DNA of 64,000 nt, from the NCBI GenBank assembly GCA_963841435.1, contig CAWJCS010000004.1, forward strand, positions 768,001 to 832,000. Reading direction: 5' to 3'. The position numbers and the translations under genes are program-made. This stretch comes from an uncultured delta proteobacterium (lineage in GTDB: Bacteria; Myxococcota_A; Polyangia; Polyangiales; Polyangiaceae). Below the pieces are notes generated by a model, which worked only from the letters and a program-made list of their open reading frames with translations, was not told the DNA's origin and did not search any database. Positions 11,178 to 21,406 of this stretch are shown here, piece by piece. Numbering within the stretch: the stretch's first letter is position 1; every line of letters starts with the position of its first letter.

Positions 11178-12088
11178 GCCTCGCGGCCATCTCGATCGAC
11201 CTCGACGAGATCCATCACTATTACGCGATTCACGGGCTAGAGCCGCCGGCGGCCGGCGCGCACACCGCTTACGACAGCGGGCTCTCGCGGGCGGCCGCCT
11301 GGGCGAGCGGGCTCGATGTGCCGCTCACACTGTTCGTCGTGGGGCGGGACCTCGAACGGCGAGAAAATGCCGACCTCGTTCGCGAGCTCGCGCACAAGGG
11401 TCACGAGGTCGGCAACCACACGCTCTCGCACGGCTACGACCTGACTCGGCTCGACCGAGACACCGCGCGCGCCGAGGTCGAAGGCGGCTCGCGAGCCGTC
11501 GAGGCCGTCACGGGCGCACGACCGAAGGGCTTCCGAGCGCCGGGCTACCTCGTGACGGACGAGCTACTCGACGTCGTCGAGGAGGCGGGCGCTCTTTACG
11601 ACTCGTCGGTCTTCCCCTGTCCGGCGTACTTCGCCGCCAAGGCGCTCAAGCTCTTGGGGCAAAAGCTCCGGGGGAGGTCGTCGCGCGCCATCCAGGGCAG
11701 CCCGCGCGTCCTGCGCGCCCCGACGCGGCCGTACCGGCGCGGTCGGCCGTACTGGCAGGCGGGCTCGGGTTTGCTCGAGCTGCCCGTGCAGGTGACCCCG
11801 GGGAGCCGCCTGCCGTACATCGGCACGACGCTCGTGCTCGCCGGGCCCGACGGCGCGCGGCTCCTGACGCGCACACTCGTCGGCGAGCCGCTCGTGAATC
11901 TCGAGCTCCACGCCATCGACTTCTTGGGCCCCGACGACGGGCTCGGCCCGCTCGCGAAGCACCAGCCCGACGCGCGCGTGCCGTTCGCGCGCAAGATCGA
12001 CGCGCTCACGGCCGTCGTCGAGCTGCTCAAACGCCAGGGTTTCGGCTTCGTGCGCCTCGACGAGGCGGCGCGGGCATTCGCCGCCTGA
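11174..12088 (+). CDS. Polysaccharide deacetylase (CE4/NodB-like)
   Basis: [37 protein letters not shown]. Confidence 0.85.
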   Translation: MSLAAISIDLDEIHHYYAIHGLEPPAAGAHTAYDSGLSRAAAWASGLDVPLTLFVVGRDLERRENADLVRELAHKGHEVGNHTLSHGYDLTRLDRDTARAEVEGGSRAVEAVTGARPKGFRAPGYLVTDELLDVVEEAGALYDSSVFPCPAYFAAKALKLLGQKLRGRSSRAIQGSPRVLRAPTRPYRRGRPYWQAGSGLLELPVQVTPGSRLPYIGTTLVLAGPDGARLLTRTLVGEPLVNLELHAIDFLGPDDGLGPLAKHQPDARVPFARKIDALTAVVELLKRQGFGFVRLDEAARAFAA

Positions 12089-12142
12089 CGAAGGCGCATC
12101 GGACGCCTCCGACCAGCCTCGCGGACCCACCGCCGTTTGGGT

Positions 12143-12568
12143 TCACACGCGACGGAAAAGCAGCACGAAAAGCGCCCCGATGCTCGCACCGACGGCGTCG
12201 GCGACGGCGTCGGCCACCTCGGCGCTGCGGTCGGGCAGCGCAAGCTGATAGACCTCGAGCAGCACGCCGACCAGGATCGCAGCGCCTGCTGCGAGCAGCG
12301 CGAGCTGCCAGCGCCGGAGGCCCGTGAGCTCGTAGCGCACTGCCCGGAAGCCGAGCACGGAGAGCACCAGGAATGCGAGAACGTGCTCGCTCTTGTCGAA
12401 GGGGAGTGGCAGGCGGACGTCAGCGGACGGCTCGATCGGCTGTGCGCCCCCACCCAAGAAGATCGCCAGGGTCCACGCCAGCGCGGGTAAGACGTTCACC
12501 GCGAAACCGCCGCGCACGGCCGGGCGCGGCTCGAAGTTCGCGCGCTCGCGCTCGGCGTCGGTGGTCAT
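12143..12568 (-). CDS. VanZ family membrane protein
   Basis: DKSEHVLAF...LLEVYQLALPDRSAEVADAVAD; ATG 12568 overlaps the MFS stop. Confidence 0.75.
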   Translation of the reverse strand: MTTDAERERANFEPRPAVRGGFAVNVLPALAWTLAIFLGGGAQPIEPSADVRLPLPFDKSEHVLAFLVLSVLGFRAVRYELTGLRRWQLALLAAGAAILVGVLLEVYQLALPDRSAEVADAVADAVGASIGALFVLLFRRV

Positions 12569-13824
12569 CGTGCCTCGCTCGCGTCCAGATCCGCGGTGTG
12601 CTCCAGCTCGCGACCCTTGGTTTCCGGCAAGAGCCACAGCACGAGAATGAGCGCGAGGGCGGGAAAGACGACGCTCACCCGCAGCACCGGCCCCCAACCC
12701 GACTCGCCGAGCGCACCGATGACGACGGGCGACAACACGTAGCCGATGCGCCCGATGAGGTTGTTCGACCACATGAAGGCGTCGCCGCGGAGCGCCGTCG
12801 GGAAAAGCTCGGCGGTGAAGGTGTTGAGCACCGTGAGGACCGCGCTCACGCCGAAGACGGCGAGGATCATCGAGACAACGAGCAGCGGCCCGGGGGGCAC
12901 CGCGTAGCTGCCGAGCACGCCGAGAACGACGGCGAGGTACACGACCACGGCGCCGGTGCGGCGACCCGCGACGTCGCAAAATTTTCCCACGAAGAACACG
13001 AGCGGCATCGAGACCAGCGCGGCGATCTGGATCACCCCCGCCGCGGCGTGATCGGAGAGCCCAAGCTCACCGAGCGCATAGTCCTTCCAGAAGCTCACCC
13101 CGTTCTGCGTGCAAACGTAGGTGAGAAACCAGATCGCGCCGAGCTCGAGTACTCGGCGGCGGTGCGGCGTGTGCCAAATCGCGGTGAGCGGTCGCCGCGC
13201 CTCGACGCTCGTCTGGGCCTCGAAGCGAGCCGTTTCGCGCAGCCCGCGGCGCGCCCACGCGAGCAGGAGCAACGGCACCACGCCGACGAAGTAGACGCTG
13301 CGCCAACCGAACGCGTGCGTGAGCAGCGGCACCGCCCCCGCGCAAACGACGGCCCCGAGGCCGTTGATCGCGCTGACGACGCCGATCACCATGCCGCGCC
13401 GCTCGGCAGGGTACTCCTCGGCCGCGACCACCATGCTCGTCGCCCACTCGCCGATCAGAAACACGCGCCCCGCGAGCTGGAACAGCGCGAAGCTCCAGAC
13501 GTTCGGGGCGAGCCCGGAGAGCAAGGTGAAGAGCGCGTAGCCGAGGATCGTGAGCGAGAGCACGCGCCTTCGACCCCAGCGATCGGCCTTCGACACGAGC
13601 AGGTACGCGAGCACCGTCCCCGAGTTGATGACGCCGAACAAGAGCCCTGCCCCTGCGCGATCGAGCGCGAACTCGGCGCGGATGCTCGGCAAGACCTGGG
13701 TCAGCGCGAAAAAGTCGTAGCCCTCGAAGAAGGTCGCGACGCTGAGGAAAGCGAACAGTCGACGCTGGTAGGGCGTGAGGCGCGCGGCAGCGGCCCCGGC
13801 GGGGTCGGCGCCGCTTTCGCTCAT
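12565..13824 (-). CDS. MFS transporter
   Basis: FFEGYD, motif [34 protein letters not shown]; about 12 hydrophobic segments. Confidence 0.9.
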   Translation of the reverse strand: MSESGADPAGAAAARLTPYQRRLFAFLSVATFFEGYDFFALTQVLPSIRAEFALDRAGAGLLFGVINSGTVLAYLLVSKADRWGRRRVLSLTILGYALFTLLSGLAPNVWSFALFQLAGRVFLIGEWATSMVVAAEEYPAERRGMVIGVVSAINGLGAVVCAGAVPLLTHAFGWRSVYFVGVVPLLLLAWARRGLRETARFEAQTSVEARRPLTAIWHTPHRRRVLELGAIWFLTYVCTQNGVSFWKDYALGELGLSDHAAAGVIQIAALVSMPLVFFVGKFCDVAGRRTGAVVVYLAVVLGVLGSYAVPPGPLLVVSMILAVFGVSAVLTVLNTFTAELFPTALRGDAFMWSNNLIGRIGYVLSPVVIGALGESGWGPVLRVSVVFPALALILVLWLLPETKGRELEHTADLDASEAR

Positions 13825-14615
13825 TCGATGAGGCCGCTCTCGGGGCTCGACGCGTTGGCGTGAGCGCGGCGTGGCATGCGGCCCGCGAGGAACGCCTTGC
13901 GCCCGGAGCTCACCGCCTCGCGCATCGCCTGGGCCATGAGCAACGGATCGCGCGCACCCGCGATCGCCGTGTTCATCAGCACGCCGTGGCACCCGAGCTC
14001 CATGGCGATGCTCGCGTCGCTCGCCGTGCCGACCCCGGCATCGACGATCACGGGCACCTTGGCTTGCTCGAGAATGATGCGAAGGTTGTGGGGATTGCGG
14101 ATGCCGAGCCCGGAGCCGATGGGGGCGGCGAGCGGCATGACCGCAGCGCAGCCGATGTCTTCGAGCTTTCGGCACACGATGGGATCGTCGATGCAGTAGG
14201 GGAGCACCGTGAAGCCCTCCTTGACGAGGATCCTCGCGGCTTCGAGCGTCTGCTCGTTGTCGGGGTAGAGCGTTTTGGCGTCGCCGATCACCTCGAGCTT
14301 GACGAGCTCGGCGACGCCGAGCTCCCGCGCCAGGCGCAGCGTGCGGACGGCGTCGTCCGCGGTGAAGCAGCCGGCGGTGTTCGGCAGGATCGTGTAGCGG
14401 CCGCTCGTGAGGAGGCGTCCGAGCGAGCCTTCGCCGCGCTCGGCGAGATTCACGCGGCGCAGCGCCACCGTGACGACCTCGGCGCCGGAGGCGGCGAGCG
14501 CGAGCTCCGTCTGCTCGACGCTCGCGTACTTGCCCGTGCCGACGAACAGCCGCGAACGAAAGCGGTGGGTGCCGACGACGAGCGCGTCGTCGGCGCTCGC
14601 TTCGGCACTGGTCAC
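13821..14615 (-). CDS. thiG: Thiazole synthase
   Basis: [49 protein letters not shown]. Confidence 0.96.
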   Translation of the reverse strand: MTSAEASADDALVVGTHRFRSRLFVGTGKYASVEQTELALAASGAEVVTVALRRVNLAERGEGSLGRLLTSGRYTILPNTAGCFTADDAVRTLRLARELGVAELVKLEVIGDAKTLYPDNEQTLEAARILVKEGFTVLPYCIDDPIVCRKLEDIGCAAVMPLAAPIGSGLGIRNPHNLRIILEQAKVPVIVDAGVGTASDASIAMELGCHGVLMNTAIAGARDPLLMAQAMREAVSSGRKAFLAGRMPRRAHANASSPESGLIE

Positions 14616-14893
14616 AAGAACCCGGCCTTCTTTGCGGTACCGGTCGTGGGAGCGTCCACGCTGCCCGCGTACACGTCCTCGAGCGCCACCAAATAGTGCT
14701 CGCCCTTGTTGGTGCGGGCGTGCACGAGGTTCGCATCCACCTTCAGCTGCTGGATGCGAGCGATGCTGAGCGTCGAGTTCCCGGCGGCGACGTAGAGCGT
14801 GAGAGCCCGGCCGTCCGGCAAGCCGAGCCAGCCGTCGTCGGCCTTCTTTGCTTCGGCCACCGACATCAAGGCGCTCCAGTGATCGTGGGTCAT
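14612..14893 (-). CDS. Small hypothetical protein (93 aa, beta-rich) coupled to thiG
   Basis: Protein-like composition from MTHDHWS; stop overlaps the thiG GTG; promoter-like element upstream. Confidence 0.7.
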   Translation of the reverse strand: MTHDHWSALMSVAEAKKADDGWLGLPDGRALTLYVAAGNSTLSIARIQQLKVDANLVHARTNKGEHYLVALEDVYAGSVDAPTTGTAKKAGFL

Positions 14894-14900
14894 GGGCCCG

Positions 14901-14929
14901 AAGCTTTGGACGCGGCGCGCTGCTGTCAA
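14901..14929 (-). promoter_or_regulatory. Sigma70-like promoter, probably leaderless, for the hyp-thiG-MFS-vanZ operon
   Basis: Minus strand TTGACA-17 nt-AAGCTT-7 nt-ATG. Confidence 0.55.
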
Positions 14930-15133
14930 GCAGGCTGGGGGCGGCCGCGGACGGCCCGCGAAGATCGCCCGGCAGTCCCACCCTTCGGCGGGTCCGGCCC
15001 GTCCCGCGCGGAGGGAGCGACCGCGGACGCGCGGCTTTCGGGGTGCGCGCGAGCGCGCGCCGTCGCCGCGAGGGATGCCACCCATGGGCGAGGTCGATAG
15101 CAGTGCTCCGCCCGGTCGGCTACGCTCGGTCCG

Positions 15134-15949
15134 GTGTCCGAGAACGGCGAGGCGAGCCCCCAAGACAACGAGACGGGCGCGCACATCGTCGTCGAGGATC
15201 TCGAGCGGCACTTTGGCCGGTTCGTCGCCCTCGCAGGCGTGAGCATGAGCGTCGAGCGGGGCTCGGTGGCCGTCGTGATCGGCGGTTCAGGCGCCGGCAA
15301 GACGACGCTGCTCAAGATCCTGATCGGCCTCGACCGGCCCACGCGCGGCAGCGTCAAGGTGAGCGGCATCGACATCACGCGTCTCTCGGAGCGCGAGCTC
15401 AACCGTGTGCGGCGGCGCTTCGGCATGGTCTTTCAGTACTCGGCGCTGCTCGACTCGATGAACGTGCTCGACAACATCGCGTTTCCGTTGCGTGAGCACA
15501 CGAGCTTGAGAGAGCGCGAGGTGCGCGAGCGAGTTCGCGAAAAGCTCGCCGTGCTCGGGCTCGACGGCACGGAGGAGCGCTACCCAAGCCAGCTCTCCGG
15601 CGGCATGCGCAAGCGCGTCGCCCTCGCGCGGGCGCTCATGCTCGACCCCGAAATCATTCTCTACGACGAGCCCACGAGCGGTCTCGACCCCATCACGAGC
15701 CGAAAAGTCGACGACCTGATCCTCGAGACACGCCAGCGCTTCGGCGTCACGAGCGTCGTCATTTCGCACGACATGGCCGGTGCCCTGCGCATTGCAGACC
15801 GTATCGTGCTGCTCGCGAGCGGTAAGGTCGTCGCGGAGGGGACCCCGCGAGAGCTGATCCAGGGGGGTAGCGACCTCTTGCACGAGTTTGTCGAGTCGAG
15901 CGGCATCGCCGCCGAACGGCTGCTCGGCGACCGCGCGTCGAGCGCCTGA
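15134..15949 (+). CDS. ABC transporter ATP-binding protein, MlaF/Mkl type
   Basis: GGSGAGKT, FQYSALLDSMNVLDNIAFPLREH, LSGGMRKRV, YDEPTSGLDP, SHD. Confidence 0.88.
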   Translation: MSENGEASPQDNETGAHIVVEDLERHFGRFVALAGVSMSVERGSVAVVIGGSGAGKTTLLKILIGLDRPTRGSVKVSGIDITRLSERELNRVRRRFGMVFQYSALLDSMNVLDNIAFPLREHTSLREREVRERVREKLAVLGLDGTEERYPSQLSGGMRKRVALARALMLDPEIILYDEPTSGLDPITSRKVDDLILETRQRFGVTSVVISHDMAGALRIADRIVLLASGKVVAEGTPRELIQGGSDLLHEFVESSGIAAERLLGDRASSA

Positions 15950-16025
15950 AACCGGACCCGGTCGCCCGCCGGGGCCCCGCGCAGGAGTAGTGCCAGCCGC
16001 GGCTCCGGGTTAGCCTCGACGAGAT

Positions 16026-17006
16026 ATGGCGCTCACGCTTCTGGTCACCGGTGCCGCAGGCTTCATTGGAAGTCACGCTGCGGCCGCGCTAGCCGCCCGC
16101 GGCGATCGCGTGATCGGCCTCGACAGTTTCGACACGTACTACGACCCCGCGCGCAAGCGCGCCAACGTCGCCGAGGTGAGCGCGACGGCTCCCCAGGGGT
16201 CGTTCTCGCTCGTCGAGGGAGACGTGCGCGACGAGGCGCTCGTCTCGCGCCTGTTCGACGAGCATTCGTTCGACGCCATCGTGCACCTTGCGGCGCTCGC
16301 GGGCGTGCGCGCGTCCGTCGAGCAGCCCAAGCTCTATTACGACGTGAACCTCGGCGGCACGCTCGCGCTGCTCGACGCCGCGCGAGCGCACGGCTGCCGT
16401 CGCTTCGTGCTGGCGTCAACCTCGTCCGCGTACGGTTCGAGCCCGCGTGTCCCCTTCGTCGAGGACGACCCGGCCAATCGCCCCCTGGCCCCTTACCCGG
16501 CGAGCAAGCGCGCCGCCGAGATGCTGGGACACGCGTACCACCACCTGCACCGTATCGGCTTCATCGCGCTGCGCTTCTTCACGGTGTACGGCCCGCGCGG
16601 ACGCCCCGACATGCTCACCTACAAGCTCGTCGAGGCGATGCGCACGCGCGAGCCTATCCCGCTCTACGACGGCGGCAAGCTGCTGCGCGATTGGACGTAC
16701 GTCGCCGACACGGTCAAGGGCATCGTGGCGGCCACCGACGCCGAGCTCGGCTACGAGATCATCAATCTCGGCTGCGGGTCGCCGGTGCTGGTGTCGGACT
16801 ACATCCGGGCGTTCGAGAGGCTCACGGGCCTCACGGTGCCGACGCGCCCCGCGCCGCGACCGGAGGCCGACGTCGAGCGCACGCACGCGAGCATCGACAA
16901 GGCGCAGCGCTTGCTCGGCTACACGCCGAGCGTCGGCGTGGCCGAGGGGGCGCGCCACTTCCTCGAGTGGTACGAGAAGGCCGTCGCGCCGCTCAGCAGC
17001 GGATGA
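16026..17006 (+). CDS. NAD-dependent epimerase (UDP-glucuronate 4-epimerase-like)
   Basis: TGAAGFIG, HLAALAGVR, YPASK, LRFFTVYGPRGRPDM. Confidence 0.88.
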   Translation: MALTLLVTGAAGFIGSHAAAALAARGDRVIGLDSFDTYYDPARKRANVAEVSATAPQGSFSLVEGDVRDEALVSRLFDEHSFDAIVHLAALAGVRASVEQPKLYYDVNLGGTLALLDAARAHGCRRFVLASTSSAYGSSPRVPFVEDDPANRPLAPYPASKRAAEMLGHAYHHLHRIGFIALRFFTVYGPRGRPDMLTYKLVEAMRTREPIPLYDGGKLLRDWTYVADTVKGIVAATDAELGYEIINLGCGSPVLVSDYIRAFERLTGLTVPTRPAPRPEADVERTHASIDKAQRLLGYTPSVGVAEGARHFLEWYEKAVAPLSSG

Positions 17007-17755
17007 CGCCGCGCCTCGTCGCGATCACGGATCTTTCGCGCGCCAGCCGCTCGGAGACACTCGATCGACTCGAGCGGCTTTCGAGCGCGGCATCGCCGGG
17101 CACCGTGCTCGTTCAGCTTCGCGACCTCGGGCTTTCGGCGCGCGAGCGGCTCGCGTTCGGCCGCGAGCTTCTCGCCGTTTGCCGCAACACCGGGCAATAC
17201 CTCGCGGTGAACGACCGGCTCGACCTCGTCGAGGTGCTCGACGCCGACGCCGTGCACCTCGGCGAAGCCAGCGTGACGACTCCCGACGCGCGCCGCCTGC
17301 TCGGCGCGCGCTTCCTCACGCGGGCGTGCCACGACCCCTCGCGCGTTGCGGAGCTCGACGCCGACGGCATCCTGCTCTCGCCGATCCTCGCCGCGCGAAA
17401 AGGGCGTTCGGCGCTCGGCGTCGAAGCGTTGAAGGTTGCGAGCGCAGCGCTCGCCGCGCCGAGCCCGCCGACTCCTTCGTCGAGCCTCCCAACGCGTGGT
17501 GGCCCGCCGCCGCACGCTGCGACACACGGTGCGGTGGTTTCGTCGGACGCCGGCGGCACGGCGCGCCGGCCGCGGCTCTACGCGCTCGGCGGCGTCGACG
17601 CGCGCGGGGTAGCGCCCTGTCTCGCTGCCGGGGCGGACGGCGTCGCGGTGATTGGCGCGTGGCTCGATGACGAGAGGGAAGGGGAGCTCGTCGACGCGCT
17701 CGGCATCGGTTGGCACGGCCGCGGCGGCGATGGGAGCGGCCTCGGCGACGGATGA
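17003..17755 (+). CDS. Thiamine phosphate synthase / TenI family protein
   Basis: From ATG 17003: LVAITD, VQLRD, AVNDRLD, AVHLG, YALGGV, GADGVAVI. ThiE versus TenI not resolved. Confidence 0.75.
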   Translation: MTPRLVAITDLSRASRSETLDRLERLSSAASPGTVLVQLRDLGLSARERLAFGRELLAVCRNTGQYLAVNDRLDLVEVLDADAVHLGEASVTTPDARRLLGARFLTRACHDPSRVAELDADGILLSPILAARKGRSALGVEALKVASAALAAPSPPTPSSSLPTRGGPPPHAATHGAVVSSDAGGTARRPRLYALGGVDARGVAPCLAAGADGVAVIGAWLDDEREGELVDALGIGWHGRGGDGSGLGDG

Positions 17756-18013
17756 GCCGGACGGGCCGCGGAGCTGCTCCAGGGGCCTTTTCCATCGGGT
17801 GTCGGGCGGGCACCCGAGAAGGGTCCGGCTCGCCCCGGGACAGCGGGGGCGGCACAAGCCTCAAGGCTTTTGTGCCTGGAAACGAGATCTGCTAGGCGAG
17901 CCGCCAGGGTGCTCCGAAAAAAGAACAGCTCGAGGCAACCGGGTGGCGGCTTGCACCGATGATGCGAATACCGCCGCGCGGCGGAGCAGTTACCCAAGCT
18001 AGGGGACGATACT

Positions 18014-19231
18014 ATGCGCAAGAATCAGTCACTCTCCGGTCTTCTGGTCCTTCTCCCGATGGCTGCCGCGCTTTCTAGCGGCGCATGTGCGGGCGACTTC
18101 GAGGGATGCCAGGCATCTCGATCGTGTCCCGAGACGGGTAAGGCGGGGCAGGGCGGTGCGGGTGGGTCGGTGGGAACGAGCGGCAAGGGCGGCGGGGCCG
18201 TCGTCGGGGGTGGCGAGGCTGGCGAGGGTGGCGAGGGTGGCGAAGCGGGCGTCATGCAGGGCGGCGGCAAGGGAGGCACTTCGTCAGGCACGGCCGAGGC
18301 CGGGATGTCCGGGCAGACCGACGCCCTGGATGAAGGTGGGATGGGTGGCGAGGCCGGCTCCGCGTCGGAGCCGCAAGGGGACTCGACCCCTCCGACGATC
18401 GTGTCGGTGACACCCGAGGACGGCGCGATGGGCGTTGGCGCAGACGCGCCGATCACGGTCACGTTCAGCGAACCGATGAGACGCAGCGCCGCACAGGCCG
18501 GCTATCAGTCCGCAGACCTGTCGGCTTCGAGCGTCACGTTCGACTGGAGCGACGACAGCACCGTGCTCACGATCCAGCACCAGCCCCTCACCGTAGCCGA
18601 AGGGACCGACCCAAGTGACGTCGTTGCCGCCGCGTATCACCTGGCGATGACCGACACCGCCGAAGATCTGGCGGGGAACCGCATGGCTCAGGATTTCGAC
18701 TGGACGTTCACGACAGTGCGGCGCATCAGCCAGATTCTCGTCGCCGAGGGTGACCACGTGCGGCACTTCCACCAGACGGGGAACGTTGCGTGTGGCAATC
18801 ACTACTGGGTCGGTGACGACGCAGACAGGCAGACCTCGTTCGCGCTCACGGAATTCGATCTCTCCGACCTGCCGGGCGACATCGCCGAGTGGGAGGTTGC
18901 GACGTTCGACGCGGACGTCATCGACATCAGTGGAGACCCAACGGATCTGGGGCTTCTGGACATTTCCAGACTGCACGCCGTCCCGCTGACCACTGCGAGC
19001 AGCAACACCCCGTTCACCGCGGTCGTTTCGGTGGCGAACGTCAAACTGGGGCACATCTCGAAAACCCTCCTTCCCGCCCTGCAAGAGGAATTCCAGACCA
19101 TACGGGCCGCGGCTTGGCCCTGGGTCCAATATCGGATCAGCTTTCGCCAGGGGACGGACGGCGACGACGCTTGGGACTGGATCCAGTTCCCGTGCCACTT
19201 CGAGCTTCGGACCCGCTACCTGGTCCCCTGA
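18014..19231 (+). CDS. Secreted lipoprotein with Gly-rich linker and bacterial Ig-like domain
   Basis: Signal peptide ending SGAC; DSTPPTIVSVTPEDGA...ITVTFSEPM...EDLAGN...WTFTT. Confidence 0.75.
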   Translation: MRKNQSLSGLLVLLPMAAALSSGACAGDFEGCQASRSCPETGKAGQGGAGGSVGTSGKGGGAVVGGGEAGEGGEGGEAGVMQGGGKGGTSSGTAEAGMSGQTDALDEGGMGGEAGSASEPQGDSTPPTIVSVTPEDGAMGVGADAPITVTFSEPMRRSAAQAGYQSADLSASSVTFDWSDDSTVLTIQHQPLTVAEGTDPSDVVAAAYHLAMTDTAEDLAGNRMAQDFDWTFTTVRRISQILVAEGDHVRHFHQTGNVACGNHYWVGDDADRQTSFALTEFDLSDLPGDIAEWEVATFDADVIDISGDPTDLGLLDISRLHAVPLTTASSNTPFTAVVSVANVKLGHISKTLLPALQEEFQTIRAAAWPWVQYRISFRQGTDGDDAWDWIQFPCHFELRTRYLVP

Positions 19232-19265
19232 GCCAACCGACCGAGGCACCCTCGGGCTCCCGCTC

Positions 19266-20976
19266 TCACGAAGCGATGAGTTCGTCCTGGCGACAGCCCG
19301 TCCGCGCCATCGTTGCCGGTGCCCGCGCCGATCCCCGCTACACCCTTACTCCCGAGGTCGAACGTCGCCCCCGAGAGATCCACGGTGCTATCCGCCGAGC
19401 GCAAAACGCCAACGGAGACCCCCCCCGCGCCACCGCCCCCCGCGCCGCCTGCGCCGCCCTTGCCGCCATTGCCGCCGGGCAGCGCCGTGCGCAACTCCCG
19501 TCGCCTGCCGGCGCCGCCATCCTGTCCGACCTCGCCCGCAGCACCTGCGCCGCCATCACCTGCGTTGCCCGTGCTGAGTGAGGTGGCCACCAGGGTCACC
19601 GTCGAAGCGCGTACCAGAAGGGCGATGCTCGCGCCGCCGCCCTTGCCGGCGCCGCCTCCGGTGCCGCCGCAGCCGCCGCAGGCGCCGCTGCCGCCGCCGC
19701 CCGATGGCGCTGCACGCCGCCGCCGCCGCCGCCGCCCTGTCCGGGGCCACCGGTCGGTGCCGGCCGCTGCCGCTGCCAGGGACTCCATCCCGCCGAAGCG
19801 AGGGTCGCCAGGGTAGCGCGCGCACCGAGCGCGTCGGGCCGCCGGGGCGCTCGACCGCCACCTGCCTGCCCGCCGTTGCGCACTCGTGCACTAGGACCGT
19901 TCCGCCCGCCACCAGCAGGATCCGGCGCCGGCCGCTGCGCCTGCCAGCCCTCGGGGACAGTCGCCACCGTCGCCACCAGCACCCCGAACCGAATGCGATG
20001 CCGTCAGCGCAGGCGCAGGCAGTGCTTCGCCGCCGACGATGCCCGTTGCCGGATTCCCATCGAGGCTCCCCACGTGATGATTCGACCCCGGCACCCCCGC
20101 ACTCTCCCCGTTCATCCCGTCGCCCGCGGTGATCGCGACGCGCGAAAACGTGACGCCCTGCGAGCCCGAGACGAACACGGCGACGCTGCTCTGGCCGGGC
20201 GTGTCGGCGTCCGCGGAGACGAACGCGAGGTCCGTCACCGTGACGTTGGTGGCGCCGTTGACGCGGAGGGCGTACCCCGGGTCGCTCGGTGCGATGGTGG
20301 CGCGATGCGCGGCGTCGTAGACCCAGGGGGCGCCGCCGGACGGGCACGCGAAGCCGCCGTGCAGCGCGACGTCGTCGCTCGTTACGTCGACGTGCTCGTC
20401 GAAGGTGCCGCCGCAGACGAAGATGGGGAGCCCCGCCGTGGCGCGGGTGATGGCTTCGCCGAGCGAGGCGAGCGGCGAGTCGGACGAGCCGGCGTTCTGG
20501 TCGTCGCCGGTCGGGGCGACGAAGATCCCGTTCGCGTCGTCGGGCACGCAGCCTGCCGCGAGGGCATCTGGATCACAGGTCGGCGGGCCGCCGCCGCCCG
20601 CTTCGCCGCCGCCACCGCTCATGCCCGTCACGCCGGCGTTGCCGCCTTCGGCGCCGCCCATTCCGCCTTCGCCGCTGGTTCCTGAAAGGCCGCCCATGCC
20701 GCCGCCGCCCGTGCCCCCGGAACCGCCGCCCGAGCTGCCGCTGCCGCCCGTGCCCCCGGAACCGCCGCCCGAGGAGCCTGCCGTGCCCGCCGTGCCTGCC
20801 GTCGCACCCGACGGAGTCCCGCACTCGTAGCTGTTCGCCCCGCAGAACTTCGAGCCAGAGCAACCTTGCGCCGCGCCGATAGCGCCGAGCGCCACGAGCG
20901 CCCCCAGCGTCGACACCCCGGCCAACCGCCGTGTCGCTTGCCTCGCCTGCCCGGAACGCCCGCTCGAAACCACCGG
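19266..20976 (-). CDS. Gly-rich (PGRS-like) secreted lipoprotein, probable beta-helix region; several indels
   Basis: Lipobox-like AAQGC, GGxGG repeats, IFVAPTGDDQNAGS..PLASLGEA; C-terminal GGGASIAL/GGVSVGV blocks spread across frames. Both ends approximate. Confidence 0.6.
20709..20773. repeat. Intragenic direct repeat, 39 bp period (encodes SGGGSGGTGG)
   Basis: CCGTGCCCCCGGAACCGCCGCCCGAG at about 20709 and 20748. Confidence 0.8.
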
Positions 20977-21299
20977 TGCGCGCACCGCGGGTTCGTAACC
21001 TCGCACGCGCGATTCTGTCCACTCCTGGGAGCCGCCGCCGGGTACGTGGCTTCGAGCAGCCGCTGGAACACCGAGCGGTTCTGCCCTCGGACGCGAACGA
21101 CGGGTCGCTCCAAACCTCCCGACGTGAGCCCCATCGCCCGTGTCCTCGTGGCGCGTCGCGCGCCTTTTTGGGCCCGGCGCGGATGGGGCCACGTGCACCG
21201 ACCGGTCGCGGTCAGGAACGACCGCGGGTCGGGAGCACTTCCGCGGGACCGGACGGGCTGCGACGGCACACGCCGCCGCGGGCGCGCCCGCAATGAGCC

Positions 21300-21395
21300 G
21301 CGGTGCCGCGCCGCGCCGCGCCGTCCCGCGCAGCGCCCTCGCGCCCCGCCCCGTGCCGCCCCGTCCCGTGCCGCGCCGCGCCGTCCCGCCCCGCG
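21300..21395. repeat. Low-complexity GC pentamer repeat (CGCCG/CCCGT) downstream of gmd
   Basis: Visible in the intergenic sequence; GTGCCGCGCCGCGCCG..TCCCG occurs twice. Confidence 0.7.
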
Positions 21396-21406
21396 GTGGC
21401 GTCGGG

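Noticed and set aside
14894-15133. TPP riboswitch upstream of the thiG operon
   Set aside because: No CTGAGA / CCTGA...GGGA core seen, and the promoter-like element sits directly at the start codon.
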